In this document: one piece after another, positions 28,124 to 38,623 of the stretch | Numbering within the stretch: the first letter of the stretch is position 1 | Layout of the letters: the number at the start of each line of letters is the position of its first letter | From: a virus | Lineage: Duplodnaviria; Caudoviricetes | Length of the DNA stretch: 64,000 bases | Virus record (IMG/VR): IMGVR_UViG_3300032327_000953 | Location: 1-64,000 of that record | Direction: 5' to 3' (one strand) | Program-made: the position numbers and the translations under genes | The notes under the pieces: model-generated | Database searches by the model: none | What the model saw: only the letters and a program-made list of their open reading frames with translations | Told to the model about the DNA's origin: nothing

Positions 28124-30694
28124 TCATGGAGGTGGACTGCCACAATCTGGTATATAAACACATTCGTATATGGGTATTCTGTATAATCCGCATCTTGGAT
28201 CAATATATTCATTATATCCGATAATAATACTATCATTACATGGTGGACAGCTTGGTGGAATAATAACCGGAGGAGCACAAGCAGTACCAGATGCTGTTGG
28301 TGGTGGAGTATTGCTAGGTGTTTGAGATATACTTAATGATATTGTTGGAGTTGCTGTTAATGTTGGAGTGCTGGTTGTTGTTGGAGTATTTGTTGGGGTT
28401 TGGGTCGGTGTTGGTGTTTGGGTTCGTGTTTGAGTATTTGTTGGGGTATTAGTTGGGGTCTGACTCAACATGGGAGTATTGGTCGGATTATTTGTTGGAG
28501 TAGCTGTTGGAGCTGGTGTTTTAGTTCTTGTTGGAGTTTGCGTTGATAATGGAGTATGGGGTGGAGTAGCTCGTGGAGTACTTGTTGAAGTTGTTGTTGG
28601 AGTACTAGTTTGTGTTCTTGTTGGAGTTTGACTTATAGCAGCTTTAATAGGAACTATAAAACAGCCTTGCTCATCTTTTGTTGCTGAAGGCAATATCCTA
28701 GCTGGAGTAGCAGTAGGGGATGGGGTTGGTGTTTGAGATTCTGCTGGTGCTGCTGCACCAACGCTGGTATCAAGAATTGTGAATGTTGCTGTTCTAATAA
28801 CTTCATTAGAGTAACTACTATCATCATAAAATACTACTATAAAATTCTCAGAACCCTCTGTTAAAGAGTCTTGTTTTGGATTTAAAGTTAGCTGGCCCGT
28901 AAATGCTTGTGGTGTTTGTGATGATCCAACAGGAGACATACTAATTGTGCCGCCAGGAATAGCATTTGTAAAGTCATTATCTGATGCTGATGTTCCTGAT
29001 GCTAGTCTTCTCCAATAAAGAGTAAGAGCTTGACTACTAAAAGTTTCAGGAGCTTTACTAGCATTAATATTGATTGTTAAAGTTTGACCTTCATCAATCT
29101 GATTGTTGTATAGTAATGCTGCAGTATTATTAATTAATGAAGTTAGTGAGTATGCTGTTGGTACTGATGGTACACTAAGAGTTGTTACATTGCTTGTTAC
29201 ACTAGATGCTCCATTAGCAGAAAGTATAACCAAATACTGATCACCATTATCAGAAGCATTAGTTAATGCTGTTAATGTTAAAGATGATGAGGTTGCATTT
29301 GGGATATTAGTGAATGAAGATGCTCCAACCTCCTTTTTCTGCCATTGATAAGTTAGAGTTGCTCCTTGAGTAACAGATGCTGTAACACCAAGAGTTGCAG
29401 ATCCATTATTAGCCAATATTGTGGATGGCATATTATTGGATATATTAATAACTGATGGGGCAGCTCCGTCATCGGCATAGAAGTCATATAGTAATATATT
29501 TCCATCTATTATGGATTCTGTATTACTCGTGGTTGATAGGGCTGCATTTGATGGCAAGGTTACCACAGCACATTTGGATGATAATCCTACGCCCAGAGTA
29601 TTTCCAAAAGTACCATATGTTAAATTATTATTGTCAAGAAATACTAATCTAATATAACCAGTGGAAATTGGATTTATTGTTAGTTGGTATATATTATTAG
29701 GTACAGCTGAGGTTACAAGAGTTGACCATGGGCCAGCACCTGCTGTGGCATATTCTGCTCTTATAAAAGAGTAATAAGCACCACCTCCTGTATTAACATA
29801 ATTTCCATTGAGAGGGATTGTATATGTAGAAGTACTACTACTATAAATAGTATTTGTTAAAGATGTAATATTAATAGCATCAGTTGCTATTCCACTTCCA
29901 GGTAAAACAGTAGATATGTAACTAATGAAAGACCCTGTACCAACAATGGTGCTTCTGCTAGATGCGTTAGAAGTTGGAGGTAAAAGAGTTAATGTATTTT
30001 TATTTATAGCATAACCACTAAATACTAACTTTACATATCTTATATTGCCAACACTAGCTGGAATAGTAATAGTTTTATTAACAACCATTCCATTTATAGG
30101 AGTAGTTACTGTTGTATTTTCCAAATCAAAAAAAGCAGTATTGGTAACACCATATTGAACTTTATATACTGCTGATACAACTCCTCCAAAAACTTTATTT
30201 GTAAAAGATGTTTCAACATCACCAATAGCGCCAGAATATGCTGAAGAACATCCAGAGGTATTATCTACTCCAGTTCCTTTTAATATATAAGCTAAAGATC
30301 CCGAACTATCATATATGGAAGATTTACCAGGAACAAATCTATATGCAGTAGAGTTATTAAAACCAGGATCGGCAGCATTGTTTAATCCGGGGATAGAATA
30401 AAATCCTGGATTAACTGATATTGTGCCAACGCCATAATTGATTTGAAATTTACAATTTAACTTAACTGAACTAACGCTTTTTATAGACCCCAAATCCATT
30501 ATGATCCCAGTTTCAACAGAAGCTTTATGTCCAACATCAGTTCCAGAATAAACTGCTGATGAAGATCCATTTTGAACGCTTGATGAGCTGGTTAGTGTTG
30601 AACTATCGTCAGATAATATATCGAATGTTGGAGTTAAATAACCGGGAGTTAATACTGTTCCTGTGGCTAATGAATATGTGGCATTTAATTTCAT
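28124..30694 (-). CDS. Adhesin: discoidin-like domain, Ig-like domain, Calx-beta-like domain, T/P tract, Cys-rich tail (856 aa)
   Basis: IIMDLGSIKSVSSVKL...IRYVKL (discoidin-like); LTYQWQ Ig copy; IDEGQTL...LYW...DF...D.LTEG.E.F...TI.DTS (Calx-beta-like). Confidence 0.7.
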   Translation of the reverse strand: MKLNATYSLATGTVLTPGYLTPTFDILSDDSSTLTSSSSVQNGSSSAVYSGTDVGHKASVETGIIMDLGSIKSVSSVKLNCKFQINYGVGTISVNPGFYSIPGLNNAADPGFNNSTAYRFVPGKSSIYDSSGSLAYILKGTGVDNTSGCSSAYSGAIGDVETSFTNKVFGGVVSAVYKVQYGVTNTAFFDLENTTVTTPINGMVVNKTITIPASVGNIRYVKLVFSGYAINKNTLTLLPPTSNASSRSTIVGTGSFISYISTVLPGSGIATDAINITSLTNTIYSSSTSTYTIPLNGNYVNTGGGAYYSFIRAEYATAGAGPWSTLVTSAVPNNIYQLTINPISTGYIRLVFLDNNNLTYGTFGNTLGVGLSSKCAVVTLPSNAALSTTSNTESIIDGNILLYDFYADDGAAPSVINISNNMPSTILANNGSATLGVTASVTQGATLTYQWQKKEVGASSFTNIPNATSSSLTLTALTNASDNGDQYLVILSANGASSVTSNVTTLSVPSVPTAYSLTSLINNTAALLYNNQIDEGQTLTININASKAPETFSSQALTLYWRRLASGTSASDNDFTNAIPGGTISMSPVGSSQTPQAFTGQLTLNPKQDSLTEGSENFIVVFYDDSSYSNEVIRTATFTILDTSVGAAAPAESQTPTPSPTATPARILPSATKDEQGCFIVPIKAAISQTPTRTQTSTPTTTSTSTPRATPPHTPLSTQTPTRTKTPAPTATPTNNPTNTPMLSQTPTNTPTNTQTRTQTPTPTQTPTNTPTTTSTPTLTATPTISLSISQTPSNTPPPTASGTACAPPVIIPPSCPPCNDSIIIGYNEYIDPRCGLYRIPIYECVYIPDCGSPPP
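28300..28635 (-). repeat. Thr/Pro-rich tract (~112 aa)
   Basis: Direct translation. Confidence 0.95.
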
Positions 30695-30697
30695 AAT

Positions 30698-31876
30698 TTA
30701 TTCCACTATCCTAATAATTGGTTGGGCAGGCCTTGGTGTTGGTGTTGGCTTTGGTGGTTCTGGACAATCTACATATATACTAAGAATATCTCTATCAACT
30801 TCATTATTTCCAATATTAACAGTAGCTTGAATATCAAATATGTTATTTACATTATGTTCTAAAAATCTAATCTTAGCATAAACAGAATGATTAGTTAATT
30901 GATTATTATCTAAATAAATATCTTGTTCAATAAAATATACTTCCTGATTTAAGCTTTCTAAATGTATGTGATAATCAGTATTCTTTTGCAGATTGGTGAG
31001 GTCTATAACAACTGAGATTGTGGCACTATAATCTTTCATACAAGCGCCATTTCCTTGTTGTCCCAATTTGATAGCCTTGGCAGTATTATCAATAAACTCT
31101 AAGCTTTGTTTATTGGCCACATAACATTTTGTAATATTAAAAGCTATTTTGGTACTATCTAATGAAGCTACTCTGGGAAAATACTTATACCAAACATAAG
31201 GCAACTTGGTCTGAGCACCATTAACTATAATATATCCCTTACCATTAGTCAACTCTCTTATTTGATTGAATTTATCATTAATTACCACATTATGATTAAC
31301 TAAAAATTGTCCATTAGAATTGGTAGTATAAATTTTGTCTATCTTATTAATTGCTGCTGTAAGATCTTCTAAATACAACCAGTCTTCACCATCATCTTGA
31401 GTAAGATATGCTCCCCTACCATCAATCCAAACATAAATATATGGATCTAATGATGATGGAGGATTAATAAAGTTATCTGGCTTATTTAGTATACCAACCG
31501 CTGACGGATCAGTTCCCTTAACATCTACTGTACCACCACTAAAAGTCATGGTTGGTGCAGTACTGTAACCAGTTCCAGGATTGGTTATCTGAATGCTTTT
31601 GACCAATTTTGATGAGTCTAAAACGGCGATTGCTGTGGCTCCGCTTCCACCACCACCGGCGATTACTACGCTAGGAGCGGCCGTGTAAGTGGTTGTGCCG
31701 CTTGTTATTTTAAAGTTGCTGGGTTCTAGACCAATACCCATGTTTTTAATTTGGAAAGTGGTCAATCCCTTTGGAGTGGTTGAGCTTGTTAATATAAAAT
31801 CAAAAAATAATGGTCTATTTTCTCCACTATATTCGACTATTTCAACACGATTTGATATCTTTTCTTCAACAATCAT
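30698..31876 (-). CDS. Adaptor-like virion protein (392 aa), paralog of 44980-46518
   Basis: Shares NKI.KIY...DKFNQ....G.G.II.N....LPY.WY with the 512-aa protein. Contains the T4-like structural repeat GGGGSGATA.A......I.ITNPG.GY..AP and a C-terminal anchor module. Confidence 0.7.
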   Translation of the reverse strand: MIVEEKISNRVEIVEYSGENRPLFFDFILTSSTTPKGLTTFQIKNMGIGLEPSNFKITSGTTTYTAAPSVVIAGGGGSGATAIAVLDSSKLVKSIQITNPGTGYSTAPTMTFSGGTVDVKGTDPSAVGILNKPDNFINPPSSLDPYIYVWIDGRGAYLTQDDGEDWLYLEDLTAAINKIDKIYTTNSNGQFLVNHNVVINDKFNQIRELTNGKGYIIVNGAQTKLPYVWYKYFPRVASLDSTKIAFNITKCYVANKQSLEFIDNTAKAIKLGQQGNGACMKDYSATISVVIDLTNLQKNTDYHIHLESLNQEVYFIEQDIYLDNNQLTNHSVYAKIRFLEHNVNNIFDIQATVNIGNNEVDRDILSIYVDCPEPPKPTPTPRPAQPIIRIVE

Positions 31877-31934
31877 TTAAAGTCTCTTTTGGAGAAGGAT
31901 GTCTTTGTCTAATGTATATTACACCTTCTATTTT
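31877..31934 (-). promoter_or_regulatory. Longest intergenic gap in the tail cluster; candidate internal promoter or hairpin
   Basis: 58 bp; the minus strand reads AGAAGGTGTAATATACATTAGACAAAGACATCCTTCT. It contains an outer inverted repeat (AGAAGG-TGT ... ACA-T-CCTTCT), an inner TGTA-ATA-TACA palindrome and a GGTGTAATATA motif. Confidence 0.35.
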
Positions 31935-34900
31935 TTAGAAAGTTTCTACAAAACCACCATAACTATTAGCTGTAATGGATCTATATTTTCCTGGTATTTG
32001 TCTTAGTAAATAGAAATATGAGGCATTAGTATTTACAAAAGTGTTGGAGGCGATATTCAAAAATATTCCTAATTCGTAATTGTTATTATTGCCTCCAGCC
32101 CAAAGATCATTGTTTGTGTCTATAAGCAAACTCTGGCCAGGAGAAGCCGCAATAAATGTTCCGTCTTCTCCACTAAAAACTTTATCTTTTAATCCATTTA
32201 CTGCAGCGTTGGGTGGTCCTCCAGCAGGGACGTAAGGATAATCGGCTGGAGTATATATGAAACATTGATTATATTCATTATTTCCCCAGCCTATAGCTTT
32301 TCCATTAGTATCAATCGCTAATACGTGGCCAGCACTAACGCTAATATTTTTAACAGTTATAGCTTGTCCGAAGTCGCGTGTTCCGGTTCCCACAATGTGA
32401 GGATTCCATTTCTTTTTGGCATGAAAAACGTTGGTAACTGCTGGTCCGTTGGGAACATCAAAAAGTACCGGATCTGAACCTTTTTGTTTATAGGCAACGG
32501 TGGAATATGATGGAGTATGATTTGTTAAAGGAGCGTAATAACCTTTATCCCCGGTGGTTCTTCGCACATTATACAAACCATTGAGATCTCCAAAAGCCCA
32601 TAGATAATTATTTCCACCAATTACCCATGATGAATAAGGACCACAAGATACTCCAATAGCATTTCCAAAACCAGTGGATGTTAATAGTCCAATATTTGCA
32701 ATTTCTTTTGGAGAGTTAGTATTTATACTAGTACCTGTTTTGGAACCACAACCATTTTGTAAAAATGTTCCGTCTCCCCAACCATAAACTTTACCATCTT
32801 GAGATACCCCAATAGCATGATTTACTCCACAAGCAATATCTTTCCATTTAATTTCTGGAGCAATTATTGTTGGAGTATTTATTTGGCCATCTCTACCAAC
32901 ACCTAAACTACCATTTTCATTAGCTCCCCATCCCCATAAAGTTCCCTCTGAATCTAAAGCATAAACATTATATCCATATGATTCTACTTGAACCCACCTT
33001 AGATTTTTTGGATGCTTTATAATGTAAATTACAGTATTTCTAAGACTGGTATTTAAAGTAGGAGTATAAGTAGCAGTAGTTGCAGGAATGGAATCGGCAA
33101 AAACGCCTTTTGCATTGGTTCCCCAAGCATGTAAAGCTCCCTGACCAGTAATTGCTAAATAATGAGATGTTCCAGATGTGATATAAGCATATTTAGTACT
33201 TGGAGTACGACTTAATCTTGCATTTTTGGGATATATCTTTAATGGTATAGTTTGTTTTGTGGGTAGATACCAACGAGAATTTTTAGTTTCAATAGTTACA
33301 GCAGCATTTTTTAATGCATTTAATATATCGGGATTGGTTGTATCAATTGTAGAATTTGCGCTTATTTTAAGGCTATAATTTTGTCCACTATTTGATTGAT
33401 ACACATTCATAATTTTACTATCTGATGGAGTAACTATTATGTTGGTTGGCATACGATCTTGATCTTTGGTTGATTCAATATATAAATCTGTAGAAATCTG
33501 AGAGTCTCCAACATATAGTGTATCTATAGCTCCTACAGTTATAGAATCTGTAGTTGGCATTATTGTCCAACAAATACCTATTAATCTTTTTTTTGCATCG
33601 TACTTTGTGGATCCCGGAGTAGATACTGATAGATAAATGAATCCACTTGGCTCACTATAGAGAGAAGGATTAGCAAATCGATCCTTTATATTTAATTTAA
33701 ATCTGACATTGTTTGGATTCGCACTATCATAATTAAAATTATCAAAAGATTTAGTATCTATAGATACTGCATCGGCCAAACAATTAGAAACACTATCAAT
33801 TTTTAATTCTATTGGACATTCAGAAAGAGTTTTGCCTTCGGATGTAGAGAAACAATTAACTACAATTGCAATTTGTTTGTTGAAACCCTTTGACATATTC
33901 AATTGAAAATTATCTTTTTCTGGATCACTACCTAATAATTTTAAAGAGTCTCCAACTGTGTTTGGAGCAGAGAACAGATTTGCTCCAGTAACTTTAATTT
34001 CAATTGGTCTTGTGATTATATCCATCTGAAAAATCAATGGTGTTGGATTATAATTTGGGTTTCTGGAAGATCCTTCACCAGGAAACAATATGTCGCTGTT
34101 TAAGTTATTGCTTTTAACTAAAACTTGGGTTGTTGTTGAAGCACTAAAATAGTCTAACTCTAGAAGAGTTGTGAAATTGGGATTTGCGCCAATAGGTACC
34201 TTATTATCCCATGTCATTCCTGATGTTTTGTAATAAGCTTTAAATTTGTAATTAAGTAATTCTCCCCTATATTTCATATAGGTACTATTTTTATATAGCT
34301 CATTACCAACATAATTAACTGTGGAGTTGCCGGACCAAAATTCTTTACTGAAATTTGCAACGGTCTTCAATTTTAAAACATTTGCTATGTAACTATTATC
34401 TGATAAACTATTACCAATATTAAACTTGATAGTCACATTACCCAATGAGGATGTTGGTTGATTAAATTTTATAGTTGTAACATTATTATTCCATTTTTCA
34501 ATAGTATATTCAGAAGAATCTCTATATACAACGGGTCTTCCATCGACTATATTACGAATTACATATCTGGTATTAGGAACAAAACCATCAACACCATCGT
34601 CATTTTTTGTTGATATTAACATGAGTATATTCGCTGGGTTTTGGATATATTCTTTTAAATGAGCATCATCTCTCAAGCCTGACGAATAGTTTGCAGATCC
34701 AACTTTAACAAATATCAAATTACTATCGAATGTTGCATTATTGAACATGCTTGGACTAGGAGTCATGCTAGCAGATGGTGGCGGAGGAGGAGGTGGGGTT
34801 ATCACTAGCTTAACCAACATCGACAATCTACCTACTGGAGGAGTACGATTATTATAACCTAACGCATCACGCTCAGCATAATATCCTTCTAATAAATTTT

Positions 34901-37900
34901 GTTTTTCAGAATAACTCAGTTTTGATTTTGAGTCTTGTAGTAAATTTGTTATATTATTCTGGATAGATTCTAGATATGCAGAACCTGCCCCCTTTTCATT
35001 AAAAATTCTTTCTAGTATTTGAGTGAAAGGCTTAACATATGTGCTTCCGTTACTATCATATCCCAAGAATGTTCTATTATATGTTTTATTTGGGCCATAG
35101 GTATATTTATAAGTATATCTCAAAAGATCTTTATATAGCTCTTCCCATCCTATTTTATTTCTGTCTATCGAAAAACCAGGATCATCAGAGAAAGGAGATC
35201 TTGGCTTTATATACTCTCTAGGAATTGCTATAATTTCTTTATTATTATTATCGTATTTTCTATGATAGAAACTATTAGTATATAAAAATAGAGTATTATC
35301 AATATAATTGCGAGTCTCTACACCCCATTGTTTTTTAGGATCAAGGTCATAAGTATTATATCCATACGTACTAATTGGTAATTTATAGCTACTCCCATTT
35401 TCCATTATTGGATAATAACTAATGCCAATATAACTTGATTTAGTATCAACCATTTCCGTTTTGACTATTGGACCAGGAGCAGACCCTGGACCATTATAAG
35501 TACGATTAATGCTATAAGTACGGAAAAAATTATTTCCACCTATAGGATCAATTGAACCATATGGCATAATATCCACACAACCATCACCACGCACTCTAAT
35601 CTCATATCCTCTCCAAACATTATTCATTTGCAATTCTACTTTATCTCCAGGTTTGGCACCCATATAAAGAGCAATAGAATTCAAGTCAGAGTCTGCTCTA
35701 AATTCCATCATTTTACCAGAAGACCATTGTCCTTTTTCAGTAGCAAAATATACACCCATAGCATTTAGTACGTCATAATCATCATAATCATTTAGTAAAA
35801 AACCACCATATAAATTATTTATTGGTTTATCTTTAACTACAAATCTATTTGCACAAACTTTGTTATGATATCTAGGATCGGTAACATTAACATAATTATT
35901 AGGATCTACGGCACACTGTGCCATCTGTGGAGTTGGAGTTGGTGCAATGGCTCCTATTGATATTTTTTCTGCTTCTGTCAAACCTTCAAAACTAGCAATT
36001 CTGAATCCTATGCCACGACCATAATAATTACCGTCAGTAGATATATTGTTATATAACTTTCCTTCTTCTTTTGTTAAAACATTAATTCCCTCAATATCCA
36101 TAAATACTGAAGCTGGTATCATCAACTGACTAACATAATTTGGATGCTGAAATGTACCGTTAACACAAACTGGAAAGCCATTGTAAAAAGTGTCTGTAAA
36201 TTCTCTAATATTTCCCACAATATCATTCAAACCATAGTAACTAATTGAATTAGGGTAAGATCCAACATTTTGAGGACCAGCACCAGCTACATCATAAACT
36301 GCACCATTATTTTCTGAACCACCAGTACCAGAAATGGGTTTAGTATCGCTTTGGATTCCAAATTTGTAATATCCTCCAGTGGTTGGATTATAATATCCAG
36401 CTTTAATATGTTCATCAATGCTTGGTATCCAGTATTTTGCATTAGATGATCTGGTTGGATTTGGCGTTGTTAAGTCATAAGAACCGGTATTAACAGAAAC
36501 TCCAGTAGCATCAACCGGTTTATTTTTATGTAACCAATTACAATATCTAGCAGCTGAATACCAAGTTATCCAGTTAGCTGGTTTATTTTCATATCCAGAT
36601 CTTACAGAATAAGTATAAGCTCCTGGAGAACCACCTTGAATAATTCCTGGAGCATTAGGAGATAAGTAAGAATCATTTTCATTAAATGATCCAAAGGGTC
36701 TAAATTTTACATTGGTGATGGAGTTAGATGGAAAATAAAAACTACTATCAAAAAATAAAGGACTACCAATTGATCTGGCCACTGTTCTTTGAACAATTCC
36801 ATCCTTCCAATACTTAACGTTAGATCCATCATAAGTAATAACTAAATTTGTTGACGTTGTATATGTTCCATAATTTCCAATAGTAATACCATTTTCCCAA
36901 ATTTCACTAGTACCGTCAAATTTAAAATACCAAGCATAATCTATACTGCCATAATTAGCATTAGTCGTTGGATCAGAATTTAATCCAAACATTATGGGGG
37001 CACCTGTTTGAGATGCTCTAGCTGCGCATAATGCTCCATTTGTAAAACTAGTCGTTGAATAAGCTTGTTCATCCCAAGCGATATTAGATGAGGTTTTGGT
37101 TAAGGTCCAATTATTATCGACCATGCCACTAGAAAGTGAAGGAATCCAACGAAAATCATATACATCATTAATATTGTTTTGACCAATAGCATTTAAAAAT
37201 TCAGCATACTCAGTATTAGTTATTTCATATTTACCAATAGAATATGGTTTACTAACAGAACCAATTCCTTTTGGAAATATATTTTTAAGATCAGATCTAA
37301 TTAATTGATATGGTGGATTATTTGCATCTCTTACTTGTACCAATAAGTTCTTGGTTACTGGACTGCATGTTGGCGTTGGCGTTGGTGTTGGAGCATTAAC
37401 TGTTTTACTTGGTGTTATTGAGGGTGTAGGAGTAAGAGTTCTTGTTGTGGTACTTGTTACCGAAGCTGTTAATGTTGTTGTGGTTGTTGGTGTTCGAGTC
37501 TGTGTGGGTGTTTGAGTCGATGTTGGAGTAGCTGTTGTTGTTGATTGTGGCGTTGGAGTGTATGTTGGTGTTGCGGTTAGTGTTGCTACCAATTGACTAC
37601 CATTACCAGGAAATGATGAGGTACTATTTGTTATCTGCATACTTACTAAAACAGATTCTGAGTATGGCACAGAGTACATTTTGCTGTCAGACTGATCAAA
37701 ACCTGTTAGTATATTTAGAATACTATTATCGGGCATTTTAACAGTTTTATATTTTGGATAACCAATTTTTGTATCAGCAACATACATGCCCATAGTAATA
37801 GTTTTTCTACTATAGGGAAGTGTAGCGTTTATAATTCTACAAGAAGAATCTCCATAATATTGTGGAGTTGTATAAACACTTGAGATATGTCTACTACCAG

Positions 37901-38621
37901 TATAATTTTCAAAATAACTTGTTTTTAATTCTCTAAATGATTTTATATCTTGATTTTGATTTCCACTCCAATTATGACTTCTTGGTTGAATCTTAACCGA
38001 AGGATGATAACAAACAAAATTTCCGGGAGACTTGGCTAACCATTGTGATTGAGTAAGTTCTTCCGAAGTCCAACCTCCCTGACAGAAGTCTTGAAAAGCT
38101 GCCACGGTCCATTCGACCATTGGACTCTCTTTATATGATTTTGACTTAACAGGTAAATCATATTCAGATAAGTCATCCCAACTTTTATAAGGATATAGAT
38201 AATACATCTTAGTAAAATCATAGCCACTCTTTAGTATAGCATCGGTATTTTTAAAATCTGATGGCAGATAAACCACAGGCATTCTGCGCAAAAAAGTCAT
38301 TTTTAAACTTACGATATCTCCAGCTTTAGCCCCAAGACTTAATGCAATAGTATTTACATCAGACTGTGCTCCAAATTCATAAGTTTTACGATTATAAATA
38401 TCTACATAATTTCTAATACTCGGCATTAATGCTTCTAATATCCATTGGTCGTGCTGTTCAGTTAATTGAAATCCACCATAAATACTAGCTTGATCACCTC
38501 CTTGTTGATATTGCTCAACTGTGAAGCTTTTTTCTGTATAATCATAATACTCTGTATTAGCAATACTGCTATTACCGCTAAAATTAAAATAATTTCGTGC
38601 TGGTTTTAATACATATGGCAT
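31935..38621 (-). CDS. Giant adhesin: duplicated unknown domain, T/P tract, FGE-sulfatase (C-type lectin fold) domain with a lectin-like insert, C-terminal RCC1 propeller (2,228 aa)
   Basis: YSIGKYEITNTEYAEFLN...WYSAARYCNWL...WIPS.DE..KAGYY...GLNDIVGNIREF...GFRIA (FGE fold); about six RCC1 repeats at the C-terminus. Confidence 0.8.
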   Translation of the reverse strand: MPYVLKPARNYFNFSGNSSIANTEYYDYTEKSFTVEQYQQGGDQASIYGGFQLTEQHDQWILEALMPSIRNYVDIYNRKTYEFGAQSDVNTIALSLGAKAGDIVSLKMTFLRRMPVVYLPSDFKNTDAILKSGYDFTKMYYLYPYKSWDDLSEYDLPVKSKSYKESPMVEWTVAAFQDFCQGGWTSEELTQSQWLAKSPGNFVCYHPSVKIQPRSHNWSGNQNQDIKSFRELKTSYFENYTGSRHISSVYTTPQYYGDSSCRIINATLPYSRKTITMGMYVADTKIGYPKYKTVKMPDNSILNILTGFDQSDSKMYSVPYSESVLVSMQITNSTSSFPGNGSQLVATLTATPTYTPTPQSTTTATPTSTQTPTQTRTPTTTTTLTASVTSTTTRTLTPTPSITPSKTVNAPTPTPTPTCSPVTKNLLVQVRDANNPPYQLIRSDLKNIFPKGIGSVSKPYSIGKYEITNTEYAEFLNAIGQNNINDVYDFRWIPSLSSGMVDNNWTLTKTSSNIAWDEQAYSTTSFTNGALCAARASQTGAPIMFGLNSDPTTNANYGSIDYAWYFKFDGTSEIWENGITIGNYGTYTTSTNLVITYDGSNVKYWKDGIVQRTVARSIGSPLFFDSSFYFPSNSITNVKFRPFGSFNENDSYLSPNAPGIIQGGSPGAYTYSVRSGYENKPANWITWYSAARYCNWLHKNKPVDATGVSVNTGSYDLTTPNPTRSSNAKYWIPSIDEHIKAGYYNPTTGGYYKFGIQSDTKPISGTGGSENNGAVYDVAGAGPQNVGSYPNSISYYGLNDIVGNIREFTDTFYNGFPVCVNGTFQHPNYVSQLMIPASVFMDIEGINVLTKEEGKLYNNISTDGNYYGRGIGFRIASFEGLTEAEKISIGAIAPTPTPQMAQCAVDPNNYVNVTDPRYHNKVCANRFVVKDKPINNLYGGFLLNDYDDYDVLNAMGVYFATEKGQWSSGKMMEFRADSDLNSIALYMGAKPGDKVELQMNNVWRGYEIRVRGDGCVDIMPYGSIDPIGGNNFFRTYSINRTYNGPGSAPGPIVKTEMVDTKSSYIGISYYPIMENGSSYKLPISTYGYNTYDLDPKKQWGVETRNYIDNTLFLYTNSFYHRKYDNNNKEIIAIPREYIKPRSPFSDDPGFSIDRNKIGWEELYKDLLRYTYKYTYGPNKTYNRTFLGYDSNGSTYVKPFTQILERIFNEKGAGSAYLESIQNNITNLLQDSKSKLSYSEKQNLLEGYYAERDALGYNNRTPPVGRLSMLVKLVITPPPPPPPSASMTPSPSMFNNATFDSNLIFVKVGSANYSSGLRDDAHLKEYIQNPANILMLISTKNDDGVDGFVPNTRYVIRNIVDGRPVVYRDSSEYTIEKWNNNVTTIKFNQPTSSLGNVTIKFNIGNSLSDNSYIANVLKLKTVANFSKEFWSGNSTVNYVGNELYKNSTYMKYRGELLNYKFKAYYKTSGMTWDNKVPIGANPNFTTLLELDYFSASTTTQVLVKSNNLNSDILFPGEGSSRNPNYNPTPLIFQMDIITRPIEIKVTGANLFSAPNTVGDSLKLLGSDPEKDNFQLNMSKGFNKQIAIVVNCFSTSEGKTLSECPIELKIDSVSNCLADAVSIDTKSFDNFNYDSANPNNVRFKLNIKDRFANPSLYSEPSGFIYLSVSTPGSTKYDAKKRLIGICWTIMPTTDSITVGAIDTLYVGDSQISTDLYIESTKDQDRMPTNIIVTPSDSKIMNVYQSNSGQNYSLKISANSTIDTTNPDILNALKNAAVTIETKNSRWYLPTKQTIPLKIYPKNARLSRTPSTKYAYITSGTSHYLAITGQGALHAWGTNAKGVFADSIPATTATYTPTLNTSLRNTVIYIIKHPKNLRWVQVESYGYNVYALDSEGTLWGWGANENGSLGVGRDGQINTPTIIAPEIKWKDIACGVNHAIGVSQDGKVYGWGDGTFLQNGCGSKTGTSINTNSPKEIANIGLLTSTGFGNAIGVSCGPYSSWVIGGNNYLWAFGDLNGLYNVRRTTGDKGYYAPLTNHTPSYSTVAYKQKGSDPVLFDVPNGPAVTNVFHAKKKWNPHIVGTGTRDFGQAITVKNISVSAGHVLAIDTNGKAIGWGNNEYNQCFIYTPADYPYVPAGGPPNAAVNGLKDKVFSGEDGTFIAASPGQSLLIDTNNDLWAGGNNNNYELGIFLNIASNTFVNTNASYFYLLRQIPGKYRSITANSYGGFVETF
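37366..37590 (-). repeat. Thr/Pro-rich tract (~75 aa)
   Basis: Direct translation. Confidence 0.95.
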
Positions 38622-38623
38622 AA

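Noticed and set aside
35990-36060. Diversity-generating retroelement target (FGE domain end GRGIGFRIA)
   Set aside because: No reverse transcriptase and no near-identical template repeat with adenine-specific mismatches were seen in the window, and the domain is internal. A remote DGR elsewhere in the genome cannot be excluded.
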